The notes: generated by a model from the sequence alone, not told the origin. A DNA stretch of 64,000 nt from Mobula hypostoma (GCF_963921235.1 NC_086107.1:105154001-105218000); one strand, 5' to 3'. Shown: positions 1 to 11,490, counted from the first letter of the stretch. A program made the numbers and translations.

Positions 1-74
1 CACTTTGATCACATTTCTTCCCCACCCTGCTATTTGGTCCAAACAACAACTGAACCTTTTGACCATGTGTCATG

Positions 75-462
75 TGCTGGGTGAGGGACAGGTGGCAGAG
101 AGGGTGTGCCTGGGGCAGGGGGTGGCACGGGTGCCGACAAACCCAGCCCTGAGACACCAGGCAAGATGATTTGATTCTAAACAATTAGTTTATTGATCAT
201 TACAGAATGTCTCTCTGGTGCTTCCTGCACCCTCCTCTCTCCCTTCCCCTTTTCCCAACCATGATTTCCCTCCCCCTGCCCCCTTCCCACTCTCAGTCCA
301 CAATAGAAACTCATATCAGAATCAGGTTTATCATCACTCACACGTCATGAATTTTTTTTGTGGTAGCAGTACGGTGCAATACATAAAATTACTACAGTAC
401 TGTGCAAAACTTTTAGATATTTTAGCTATATATGTATGTGCCTAAGACTTTTGCATGGTTCT
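75..462. repeat. Composite interspersed repeat, copy A (pyrimidine-rich block + Rex1-type 3' tail + Tc1-type mini inverted-repeat element)
   Basis: Colinear with 37360-37733 (CCTGAGACACC..GGCAA, CCCCTTTTCCCAACCATGATT, CTCTCAGTCCACAATAGA, ATCAGAAT..TTTATCATCACTCACA, then TACTGTGCA...GACTTTTGCA). Confidence 0.8.
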
Positions 463-1550
463 ATGTGCATATGACCTCAGAATTCTGTACAAATCAGTTG
501 AATCTTTCCTCAAGCATCTTTGTTTCAGAATATAATGACCCCAGCCATAGCAGTCTCTCCCCCCATGACTCTAATTCTCTACACTGGCAATATCCTTGCA
601 GTCTTTAGCCCACTCTAATAATGCAATAGCATCCTAACCTGGTGCAATAATTAGGACTTTAATTATGGGTGAGCTAATGTTTAGTGTAGTTCCAGCATTA
701 TTGTCCTATTATTGTATACCAAACTTTGACCAAGAAGTATTCTTTATCTTCAACCTCATCTTCCTGCCCCCTCTGTTGTTGTCTATGGTCATTCACTTCA
801 ATTCCCCTACATTGTTCTGCATCCTACCATTTGCCATGTGTTCTCTCTCCAGGTGGATTTTCCATGTCTTCCAAGAGTTTTCCACCTACCTGACCAATCT
901 CTTGGCATCTTCCTGCATCCTACAAATGATTTGTGGGAAGGGAGAGCTTCTGGGGCTTCAATGTTTCTATGATTCATTCTATGGAGTGGTCTAGTCTGTG
1001 CTGCAGTGACCCTATGACTCTCTGACGCCTTGTTTCGCGGATGTCGGTGAAGAGTAAGAATTTCAGGTTGTACACTGAATACATTCTCTGATATTAAATT
1101 GAACCTTTGAACCTTTGAACTTCCTCAACCTCATCCTTCCCATCACACTTGGTATCATCTGAAACCCACGCCCCTGCATTTAACTCATTAGTATACACCA
1201 TGAAAGGTAAGTTCCATGACATAATGATATGCCCAATTTGGAGACTGATGCAATTGCAAGTTAGAATGTAAACTAAATCAGTGCTGATCAGTCCCATTTC
1301 AACCACCAGCTAATAGCATTTCAGGATTTAATTTCACTTAATGGATTTGACTAATCATCTTGCTGATCTGCCCATCCAGTACATGTCCACTGTTGATTCT
1401 GATTTCAGGTAATCCTTTTTTACCTAGCTAACTCATGTTGTAAAGGACCTTTGAGTACTTCTTCGGAAGGCTATATCCCACTTACATGAAAGCAGAGAGC
1501 ACTGGAAATACTCAGCATCTGTGGAGAGAGAAAACCGAGTCAAAATTTGT

Positions 1551-1688
1551 AAACACAATAGATTCTGCAGATGCTGGAAATCCAGAGCAACACGCACAAG
1601 ATGCTGGAGGAGCAATGCGAGGTCAGACAGCATCTATGGAGGGGAATAAACAGTCAACGTTTCGTGCTGAGACCCTTCATCAGGATTT
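1551..1688 (-). mobile_element. Penelope-derived short insert with decayed hammerhead motif
   Basis: Minus strand of 1651-1686 reads ATC-CTGATGA-AGGGTCTCAGCAC-GAAA-CG-TT-GACTG; the body matches the copies at 38052, 56858 and 63421. Confidence 0.8.
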
Positions 1689-1727
1689 GGAATAAACAGT
1701 CGACGTTTTGATCAGGACCTGACCTCA

Positions 1728-1838
1728 AGTCCTGAAGAAGGATCTTTGCCCTGAGCATTGTCTGTTTATTCTTTTTCATAAATGCTGCCTGACCTTCTGA
1801 GTTCCTCCAGCATTTTCTGTGTGTGTGTATTGCACAGA
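1728..1838 (+). mobile_element. Penelope-derived short insert, inverted relative to 1551-1688
   Basis: AGTCCTGAAGAAGG...ATGCTGCCTGACCTTCTGAGTTCCTCCAGCATTTTCTGTGTG, same family in the opposite orientation. Confidence 0.7.
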
Positions 1839-2003
1839 ATCAAAACTGCAGACTAACCATCTCTTTTGAACATCCCAGTTTCACCTGGTCCAATATTCCT
1901 CCAACAGAATTTGCTTTCCAAGCATGGAAACAACTGTGAGTCCATAGAGACTGTGATGACTAAAATAACCAGGCAAAATTAGTATGTCACCAATGACTCA
2001 TAG

Positions 2004-2082
2004 CAGCAGTTCCCAACCTGGGGTCCGATGACCCCTTGCTTAGTGGTATTGGTCCATGACATAAAAACGTTGGGAACCCCTG
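2004..2082. mobile_element. hAT/Charlie-like MITE (~80 bp)
   Basis: Terminal inverted repeats CAGCAGTTCCCAAC / GTTGGGAACCCCTG; partial relatives at ~13335-13400, ~42725-42778 and ~55129-55165 (the last preceded by GTCTAGAC, a Charlie-type target). Confidence 0.6.
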
Positions 2083-2341
2083 TTCTAGGAAACTTCTACA
2101 GATACACATGGAGAGCATTTTGGCTGGTTGCATCAGTTAGCCAACTCCATCATGGGCACCAGCCTCCCCACCATCGATGACATCTGGCAATGCCTCAGAA
2201 AAGTGGCATCCATCATAAAGGCCCACACAGGACATGCCCTCTACCGTCAGAGAGGAGGTACAGGAGCCTGAAGACACAAAAACAATGTTTCTGGAACAGC
2301 TTCTTCCCCTCCACCATGAATGGTCAATGAACCCATGAACC

Positions 2342-3241
2342 ATTCGCTGATGACACAAAGGTTGGGGGTGTTGTGGATAGATAGTGTGGATGGCTGTCAG
2401 AGGTTACAGCGGGATATTGATAGGATGCAAAGCTGGGCTGAGAAGTGGCAGATGGAGTTCAACCCAGATAAGTGTGAAGTGGTTCATTTTGGTAGGTCAA
2501 ATATGATGGCAGAATATAGTATTAATGGAAGTGTGGAGGATCAGAGGGATCTTGGGGTCTGAGTCCATAGGACACTCAAAGCTGCTATGTAGGTTGACTC
2601 TGTGGTTAAGAAGGCGTACGGGGTATTGGTCTTCATCAATGGGGGGATTGAGCTTAGGAGCAGAGAGGTAATGTTACAGCTGTATAGGACCCTGGTCAGA
2701 CCCCACTTGGAGTACTGTGCTCAGTTCTGATTGCCTCACTACAGGAAGAATGTGGAAACCATAGAAAGAATGCAGAGGAGATTTACAAGGATGTTGCCTG
2801 GGTTGGGGAGCATGCCTTGTGAAAATAGGTTGAGTGAGCTTGGCCTTTCCTCATTGGAGGAACGGAGGATGAGAGGTGACCTGATGGAGGTGTATAAGAT
2901 GATGAGAGGCATTGATCGTGTGGATAGTCAGAAGCTTTTTCCCAGGGCTGAAATGGCTAGCATGAGAAGACACAGTTTTAAGGTGCTTGGAAGTAGGTAC
3001 AGAGGAGGTGTCAGGGGTAAGTTTTTTACGCAGAGAGTGACGAGTGCGTGGAATGGGCTGCTGGTGATGGTGGTGGAGGTGGAAACGATAGGGTCTTTGA
3101 AGAGGCTCCTGGATAGGTACATGGAGCTTAGAAAAATAGAAGGCTGTGGGTAAACCTAGGTAATTTCTAAGGCAAGGGCATGTTCGGCACAGCTTTGTGG
3201 GCCGAAAGGCCTGTATCGTGCTGTAGGTTTTCTATGTTTCT
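2342..3241 (+). mobile_element. CR1 LINE 3' fragment (RT C-terminus), inserted into a Rex1 3' end
   Basis: ORFs 2320-2562 (WAEKWQMEFNPDKCEVVHFG) and 2731-3153 (QRRFTRMLPG, RGDL.EVYK, FFTQRV) are CR1 ORF2 motifs; the host Rex1 sequence (2088-2340) resumes at AACACTACCTC. Confidence 0.9.
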
Positions 3242-3744
3242 AACACTACCTCATTATTTTGCTCTCTTCTTGCCATACTTATCAATTTATCTTTTGTATT
3301 TGTCACTGTTATTTTTTAATATATTGGACTGTACTGCTGTGGCAAATTGACAAGTTCCATGACATACGTCAATGACAACGAATTTTGATTCTGATTCCGA
3401 AAGTTCTGCTGTTCTGTGTGAAGTGGGATCATAGACATAAGCTGAGAGGATCTGATCGAGGCATCCAAAGTTATGAGGGGCCTCAGTAGACAGAGTGGAT
3501 AGTGAGACACTATTCTCTGTAATGATGTTGTCAGAAAGAACACAGTTTTGAGGTGAGGAAAGAGAGAGAGAGAGAGAGAGAGGTGGGAAACTGAGGCAAG
3601 TTTTTTCGCCCTGAGCTGGATGTCATCTGGAACGTATTTTCTGAGAAGGTAGTGGAAGCAAGTACCTTGACAACTTTTAAAAAGTACCTTGATGGTCACC
3701 TGAATCACTGAGACTGGATGACCATGGATCGAGGTGCTGCTAAC

Positions 3745-4088
3745 AAAACTATGAGAGGTATAGATTGGGTAAATACAAGCAGGCTTTTTCCACTGAGGTT
3801 AGACGGGACTGCAACCAGAGGGCATGGGCTAAAGGTGAAAGGTGAGAAGTTTAAGGGGAAAGTTCTTCACTCAGAGGGTTGTGACAGTGTGGAACGAGCT
3901 GCCAGCACAAGTGGTGCATGTGAGCTCAATTCAATGTTTAAGAGAAGTTTGGACAGGTACCTGGATTGTAGGGGTATGGAGGGCTATGGTCCCGTTGCAG
4001 GTCGATGGGAGTAGGCAATTTAAATGGTTTTGGCATGGACTAGATGGGCTGAAGGGCCTGTTTCTGTGCTGTACTTCTCTATGTCTCT
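3745..4088 (+). mobile_element. CR1 LINE 3' end
   Basis: TRGH.LKV and FFTQRVV.VWNELP motifs; 3' UTR GGGCTGAAGGGCCTGTTTCTGTGCTGTA. Confidence 0.85.
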
Positions 4089-4513
4089 AACTGGTATAAT
4101 TGGGCATTTGAAGGGCGGAATGTTCATGATGGGCTGAAGGGAGTTCTGCTGTGCTGTAATACACTGTGATCCAAAGAGAAAATCCAAATAGTGAAGAATC
4201 CATCTGTAATTTATTCAAAGTCTAGAGTCTGGGGCTCAGTTACATCGTGGCACACAGAGACCAAATGAGCATTAACCTCGGTATAACTAGAACACAGTGA
4301 GACCTATGACATTGCTGTTAAGCTTACAGCACTGGGTGTAAGCATTTTAAGTCTTAGTGAACCCCAGTACTCTCCGGACTCTTAATTCTTGACTAGGTCT
4401 TACATCATTAACCCATCAAATGCAGACTCAAGGGCAGCTGCAGGCGGTTCAGGTTATCGAATCTGTTCTGTTATTTAATCACAGCTAATTCATATCTTCA
4501 GTAACTGAAGTTC

Positions 4514-5223
4514 TGCTTTCGGTAGACTGCGCTCCACTGTATGGGAACGCTGAGGAATCAGTCCAGCCACAAAACTGAAGGTCTACAGAGCCGTGGTACT
4601 CACTACCCTCCTGTATGCCTCTGAAACATGGACTGTGTATCGAAGGCATGCAAGACAGCTCAACCATTTCCACATGACCTGTCTTCGCAGAATATTAGGC
4701 ATCAGATGGCAAGACAAAGTACCAGACACTGAAGTTCTCTCTAGAGCAAGTCCACACATTGCTGATGACAGCACAGACCCGGTGGGCAGGTCATGTCATC
4801 CACATGCCGGACGAGCACGTACCCAAGCAGCTCCTTTTTGGGGAGCTCTTTGCTGGCAGACACTCGCATGGAGGGCAGAAGAAACGTTACAAAGACACAC
4901 TAAAGGCCTCCCTGAAGTCGCTTGACATAGACACGACCTCTTGGGAAACGCTGGCACAAAACCGCCCTACCTGGCGCGGCCTCATCCACGAGGGCTGTCA
5001 AGCTTACGAAGCAAGGCGCGTTGCTGAAACACAACATAAGCGCGAGCTGCACAAGTCCAGAGCCACCAGCGCAACAACTGCAGTGCCTAAACACGTCTGC
5101 CCAACATGTGCCAGGACATTCCGTGCCCGAATCGGCCTGACCAGTCATCTTCGGACACACCGCGTCCAGTCTCAAAGTGACTAATGGTGTCGCGGTCTTC
5201 ATCGACGACGATGGATGAACCAC
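4514..5223 (+). mobile_element. RTE-clade LINE, 5'-truncated, relatively young
   Basis: ORFs 4593-4925/4759-5184: LLYASETW, CLRRILGIRWQD, RWAGHV, GGQKKRYKD and C2H2 finger CPTCARTFRARIGLTSHLRTH; flanking direct repeat AACTGAAGTTC (4503-4513) / AACTAAAGTTC (5224-5234). Confidence 0.9.
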
Positions 5224-5633
5224 AACTAAAGTTCAGTGGTGGAGAGTATGTATCCACGGTGAATGGACAGTAACACCAAGACTTGGGCTTGACTTGAAAC
5301 ATTAAATCAGTTTCTCTGCAGAAAACCCCTGATCTGCCAAGTGTCCCCAAAATTTTCCATTTTGATCTCTGATGGGTTTATCCCATTTAGAATGATGATA
5401 ATGCCTCACGTTATGACATTGTTTTTTGTTTTCCATTTCCCCTGACATGCAAGGAAGACATGCAACCACTCATAGCAGTAAGTCCACTCTGGCGTCAGAG
5501 CAATCCACACCTAGTCCATAACCCAGTCCTTTTCACATGCCCATTAACACCACTTTGACTCTCCTAACACCCACTGAAGCTGGGATTAATTTACAGTAAC
5601 AGAACAACCAATAAAAATAGAAAAAAAAGAAAC

Positions 5634-6097
5634 TTCATAGAGTCATAGAGAAGTACAGCACAGAACCAGGCCATTTGGCCCATCTAGTTTATGTCAACTC
5701 TCTTTAAACTGTCTACTCCCATCGACCTGCACTGGGACCATAGCCCTCCATACCCCCTACCATCCTTTTGGAATCCTTTTTACTTATCTAATTTCTCCCT
5801 AACACTGAAATCAAACTTATATGCACCACTTGTGCTGGCAGTTCATTCCACACTCTCACGACCCTCTGAGTGAAGAGGTTTCCCCTCATGTTCCCCTTGA
5901 ACTTCTCACCTTTCTCCCTTAACCCATCACCTCTGGTTGTAGTCCCACTCAACCTCAGTGGAAAAAGCCTGTTTGCATTTACCCTACCTATACCCCTCAT
6001 AATTTTCTATACCTCTATCAAATACATTCCTAACCTATTCGATCTTTCCTTATAACTCAGGTCCTCCAGACCTGGCAACATCCTTGTAAATTTTCTC
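5634..6097 (-). mobile_element. CR1 LINE 3' end
   Basis: ORF 5788-6000 (GNMRGNLFTQRVVRVWNELP); tail CATAGAGTCATAGAG. Confidence 0.85.
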
Positions 6098-6754
6098 TGA
6101 ATGCTGGAAATCTAAAACAAGTACGGTAAATGCTAGTGATATGCGCAGGCCAGGCCACATTTGTGATTGGAGAAACAGAGTTAACTTTCATTTTGAACAA
6201 CGCTGGGTTCTGTTTCCAAAAACTCAGGATGGTAGTTTTGAATTCGTGATTGGACACACGTAGAGACCTTGGGTAAGCAGAGGTGGGAGGGAACTGACTC
6301 CTGATCTATTCACCCTCTCCAGCATCGTATGGTTCCCACCTCCAGTCATCTCAAAACCTGGAGAATTAGCGTGGAAACGATCATCCCCAATCCTGAGGGT
6401 CTGCTGGAGAAGAAGACTTAGCAGTCGCTGGACTATCATAGGGGATTGTTGAGGAGTGCTGCTCAGAGCAATGCCTCCAGAAGGAATTATCCATCATTAA
6501 GGACCCTCACCACCCAGGACATGTTGTCTTCTCACTACTACCATCAGGGAGGAGGTGCAGGGGCCTGAAGACCCACACTCAACGTTTTAAGGACAGCTTC
6601 TTCCCCGCCTCTATCAGATATCTGATTGGAGAATTTGCTTCTTTTTTATATTTCTTGTGGTAAAATTTTAATGTATTGCACTGTACTGCCACTGCAAAGC
6701 ATCACATTTCACAATGCATGTCGGTGATAATAAACCTGAATTTGATAATGAATC

Positions 6755-7165
6755 AGTACTGAGAGAGCGCTGCACTATCAGAGTGACTTTGCTGGAGTGC
6801 ACTGCAGTGCAGAGGGCTGCGGCTTTGGAGAGACAGTGCTGCAGAGGGCTGCGGCTTTGGAGAGACAGTGCTGCAGACGGCTGCAGTGTTGGACAGAGTT
6901 CTGTGGAGTTGCTGCAGTGTTGGACAGATAGTATTGTAGAGTGTTGTAGCATTGGGCAGACAGTACTGCACAGCACTGCAGTGATGAAAAGATAGTACTG
7001 AGCGAGCACTACAGTGTTGGACAGACAGTCCTGCAGAGAGCATTGCACTATTGGAGTACTGCAGGTGTGTTGCATGGCTGCTGTAATAGTACAAAACCAA
7101 TGCTCTGCTGTTGGGCGGGCGATGCTGAAGGAACATTGCATTGTCAGATGCACCACCTTCTGTGA
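6755..7165 (+). repeat. Highly degenerate ~33-bp array related to the 8.8-9.3 kb minisatellite, opposite orientation
   Basis: Recurring CAGTACTG/CAGTGCTG...GCTGCA.TGTTGGA.AGA units resemble the reverse complement of the CACTCCCTC.GTAC.G.CCC.CCG.CAGTG unit. Confidence 0.6.
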
Positions 7166-7272
7166 TAAATTTCCATAATTTGGCACAAGCATCCCATGCA
7201 GTTTAGACATTCTCTGGGTCCCTGACCTGTTTGCTTGAGACAGATAAATAAATGAACAAGTGAATTACTTAC

Positions 7273-7390
7273 AGTAAAGTTATGCGGATGCTGAAGGTCC
7301 CAAAGTGTCTGCTCTGTGCAGAGCTCGGAGAATGTCTGACTAATCCGTGGCCTCCCCTTTTAATACCCTCACTCCTAATCCTGTTTATCT
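7273..7390 (-). promoter_or_regulatory. Candidate TATA promoter and short non-coding first exon
   Basis: Minus strand: AGATAA (7390-7385), TATTAAAAGGGG (from 7365), Inr-like TCAGACATT ~26-34 nt downstream, donor ACT|GTAAGTAA at 7272. No downstream coding exon identified. Confidence 0.35.
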
Positions 7391-8799
7391 AGTGGTGACA
7401 CTGCTCCAGTTGGCAGTGCTAACACTTCACCTGGATTTCTCTCTCTTGGTCAGATGTAGAGGTTTGCTTTGGCAACCTGCCTGCGCCTTCCACCATCTGT
7501 TACTGAATAAAACACACAGACAGAAGGTGTCATTTACAAAGCTGCTATGTATCGAGAACAAGAACTTCTCCATTTATAATCCCTCACCCTGGGAATTAAT
7601 CAGTAGTTCCATCTTGTAACAAATCAAGAAGTTCCCTTTGTAACTCACTGGATGGTCAATTATCAGAGATGATCTTATATGGTTACAAAGGGTGGTACTG
7701 GTGGTTGCATTAGTTTAGATTTTGATCAGAGGCTACCTAACTCCACCATGGACTGTCCAAAGCCCAGCTGCAAAAGGAGGAGGGCTGGGCATGGGACCAG
7801 GAACCTCATCTCGTAAAAATCCAGAGCTACAAAAATAGCAACAGAAGCTCATCGCTGGGAGAGGAAGGATCTTCTCCTAGAAGATTGTCACTGTTTTTAT
7901 CTCTGCCGGGGAAGTGGGGTGGATTTTGGGGCTTGCGAGTTCTGATTCTTTTTCCCGGGGTGGGGAGAGTCAATGTCTTTTCTTTCAACAACTTTCTGTA
8001 TTTCATGGCTATCTGGAGAAGACGAATATCAGAGTTGTACTGTACATGCATACTTTGACAACAAAATGAAAATGAACCCTTTCAAGGTGAATGAAGCGGA
8101 AGCCATGCGGCCCACCAACCTTCTATCAGCCCGGGACGGAGGACTCTGGTGAGCTGCTCTCGGCGGCCTGTGCCCCAGTGGGGGTGAGTGGCTTGAGAAG
8201 AAGAAGTGGCTCCCTGTACATTGGGAAAAGATCAGCCAAGAGTGATAAAGAATTGCATTAATGTAGCTTCTTCAGCATCCATTCATGAACTGTGCTCACC
8301 TTTAACTCAAGGATATCCAGCAGACAATGAGTCACCTCAGCAATGAGTGGGTTCTGTTTTACAGATATCCATAAATCAGTTTTGTCCATGAGTCTAAAAA
8401 TGCACAAAAATCATTTTAGATAGTAACCGCAACTCCAGAGTGTTGTAATAAACAGTATCAAATGCACATAGGACCGAAAAGGAGTAACAATTCCTAAACG
8501 TGGAGAAAGAGGGGAAGCTGGTTCTGCCATTTATAGGAACAAACATATGCAGGTATGATCAATTTTGAATTTAATTTTATTTGGGAGCTCATTCGTATGT
8601 CGCAGTGTCCATCAGTCGGGCGTTTGTAACCCAGGGATGGCCTGTAGTTCTATCCCATGAGCACCAATGTGATACACCAATTGTGGGTTAAATTTTGGCT
8701 CGGCAGCCAGTATTCAAGAGAGCTTTCTTTTTCTTCTTTGGAATCTTTTAAGCCCACCTGAGGTCAAAAAAGAATTAGAGCAGCACTTGAAAGGTGGTC

Positions 8800-9335
8800 C
8801 CCTTGACAGTGTGGCACTCCCTCGGTACCGTCCCTCCGGCAGTGTGACACTCCCTCGGTACCGTCTCTCCAACAGTGACTCACTCCCTCGGTACCGTCCC
8901 TCCGGCAGTGTGACACTCCCTCGGTACCGTCCCCCCGGCAGTGAGACACTCCCTCGGTACCGTCCCCCCGGCAGTGTGACACTCCCTCGGTACCGTCCCC
9001 CCGGCAGTGAGACACTCCCTCGGTACCGTCCCCCCGGCAGTGAGACACTCCCTCGGTACCGTCCCCCCGGCAGTGAGACACTCCCTCGGTACCGTCCCCC
9101 CGGCAGTGAGACACTCCCTCGGTACCGTCCCCCCGGCAGTGAGACACTCCCTCGGTACCGTCCCCCCGGCAGTGAGACACTCCCTCGGTACCGTCCCCCC
9201 GGCAGTGTGACACTCCCTCGGTACCGTCCCCCCGGCAGTGAGACACTCCCTCGGTACCGTCCCCCCGGCAGTGTGACACTCCCTCAGTACCGTCCCTCGG
9301 ACAGTGAGATACTCCCTCAGTACTGTCCCTCCCAT
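8800..9335. repeat. 33-bp GC-rich minisatellite, ~16 units
   Basis: Unit CACTCCCTCGGTACCGTCCCCCCGGCAGTGWGA; homogeneous centre, degenerate edges; explains the repetitive 11-aa ORFs. Confidence 0.97.
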
Positions 9336-9647
9336 AGTCCTTGGAAAAGCAATGAGTTAACAGCCTGCTCCGTGCTGTATTGAGAAGCTCCAGCTGAGCA
9401 GGTTGTTCACTGAACACACTGATTACTTGTCAGTCTCTCTGCGTAGGTTTTCACTGATTCTGCAGTCTTTTCTGATCTACCGTAAATGCCCGCAAGAAAA
9501 TGAATCTCGAGGTTGGATATGGGGACATGTAAGTGCTTTGATAATAAATCAGTTCTGAACGTTGAACTTTAAGGTGGACGAGGTTAGCTCCAGAGACTCA
9601 TTGATGACAGCAAGCCTGAAAACAAGGCAATGAGGCTGCTGTGCGTA

Positions 9648-9725
9648 AGGTGTGAATGTGACGCAGGTTTTAGGTGTGAAATTGGTGTGAAAGTGATCAC
9701 ATTTGTTGCAGGCTCTGGTGTGAAG
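9648..9725 (+). promoter_or_regulatory. Cluster of four T-box half-sites (candidate enhancer)
   Basis: AGGTGTGAA 9648-9656, AGGTGTGAAATT 9672-9683, TGGTGTGAAA 9683-9692, TGGTGTGAAG 9716-9725, all in the same orientation in non-repeat sequence. Confidence 0.5.
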
Positions 9726-10291
9726 TTGGCAGCCGTGCCTCCAGTCATTTCGTGAGGTAATGCCATCCCCTCAAGGTGACTTTCCACCTAATTGGAGAAG
9801 ATTAGGGGATGAAGTGGACAGGAGCAGTTTACACCACGAGGCCTCTGCATTAGAAGGACCAATCCCAGAGGAAAACCTCATACGGCTTAATTAAGGTTTC
9901 AGCACATTTGCTAAATCAATCGCATACATTGTTCAAATGTGACAGAGGTTCCGATGACGTCCTTGTTAATCTCTTTACAGAGAATCTTTACGGTGCTGAT
10001 CACCTCTTGTTCAGGAGATTAGTGAAGTGAGGCCCAGGATGCTCTCTCCGTGGTTTTAGTGTTGATCTTTTCCACAGCATGCAAGCCAAAAACCATCACA
10101 GTCGCCAGGAGCCGTGCCAGTGAGATTGTTTCATTCGGAATGCATGATTCGATGTCCATCGGTAATCCGGAAGGTTCCAGAACCCGCCTGATCAAAGCAG
10201 CTGACCTCGAGCACCATTGATGGCCGCCACAGTGGCCTCTATATGTCGAGCACCACGGTGATGCAGCCAGTACAGATGCTGCCTCACGGGG

Positions 10292-11490
10292 CCATAGGAC
10301 CATAAGATACAAGAGCAGAATTAGGCCATTTGGCCCATTGAGTCTGCTCCACCATTTCATCATGGCTGATCCATTCTTCCTCTCAGCCCCAGTCTCCTGC
10401 TTTCTCCCCAAATCCCTTCATGCCCTAACCAATCAAAAATCTATCAACCCCTGCATTAAATATACACAATGACTTGGCCTCCACTGCTGCCTGTGGCAAA
10501 GAATTCCACAGATCCACCACTCTCTGGCTGAAGAAATTCCCCGTCATCTATGTTCTAAAAGGATGTCCCTCTATTTTGAGGCTGTGTCCACTGATCTTAG
10601 ACTCCCCCACCATAAGAAACACCCTTTCCACATCCACTCTATCAAGGCCTTTCACCATTCGATAAGTTTCAGTGAGGTCACCCCTCATTCTTCCAAATTC
10701 CAGTGAGTACAGGCCCAGAGCCATCATATGCTCTTCAAGCCATTTAATCCTGGAATCATTTTTGTAAACTTTCTTTGAACCCTCTCCAGTTTCAGCACAT
10801 CCTTTTTAAGATAAGGGGCCTAAAACTGCTCACAATACTCCAAGTGAGGCCTCACCAGTGCTTTATAAAGTTTTAACAATATATCCTTGCTTTTATATTC
10901 TAGTCCTTTTGAAATGAATGCTAACATCACATTTGCCTTCCACACCACAGACTCAGCCTGAAAATTAACCTTTAGGGAATCCTGCACAAGGACTCCCAAA
11001 TCTGTTTGTGCCTCCGAATTTTGTATTTTCTCTCCATTTAGAAAATAGTCAACACTTTCATTTGTTCAATCGAAGTGCATGACCATACGGTTCCCAACAC
11101 TGTGTTCCGCCTGTCACTTCTTTGCCCATTCTCATAATCTGCCTAAGTCCTTCTGTAGCCTCCCTATTTCCTCAAAACTACCTGCCCCTCCATCTATCTT
11201 AGTATCATTGGTAAACTTTGCAACAAAGCCATCAATTCCGTTATCCAGATCATTGACATAAAATGTAAGAAGAATTGGTCCCAACACATTCCCGTGTGGA
11301 ACGCCACTAGCCACTGGGAGCCAGTCAGAAAAGGCTCCCTATATTCCCCAGTCTTTGCCTCCTGCCAATCAGCCACTGCTTTATCCACGCTAGAATCTTT
11401 CCTGGAATATCATGGGCTCGTAGCTCGTTAAGCAGCCTAATGTGTGGCACCTTGTCTGAAAATCCAAGCACACAACATCAGCCGATTCTC
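10292..11490 (-). mobile_element. CR1 LINE fragment (RT to 3' UTR)
   Basis: ORF 11132-11314 (SGVPHG.VLGP, KF.NDTK = GVPQG/FADDTK motifs); tail CCATAGGACCATAAGA. Confidence 0.9.

Noticed and set aside
6668..7210. 180-aa ORF just downstream of the candidate TATA exon
   Set aside because: It would need a 46-nt intron and mostly translates the degenerate satellite and a LINE tail.
7424..7503. Possible minus-strand coding exon (MVEGAGRLPKQTSTSDQEREIQ) after TTTTATTCAG
   Set aside because: Weak donor (GTGAAG), no recognisable homology, and it overlaps the candidate promoter region.
8764..9417. Long repetitive ORFs (GTEGVSHCRGD)n / (TLPRYRPPGSE)n and a CRISPR-like look
   Set aside because: Head-to-tail 33-bp repeat with no unique spacers and no cas genes; the frames stay open only because the unit is a stop-poor multiple of 3.
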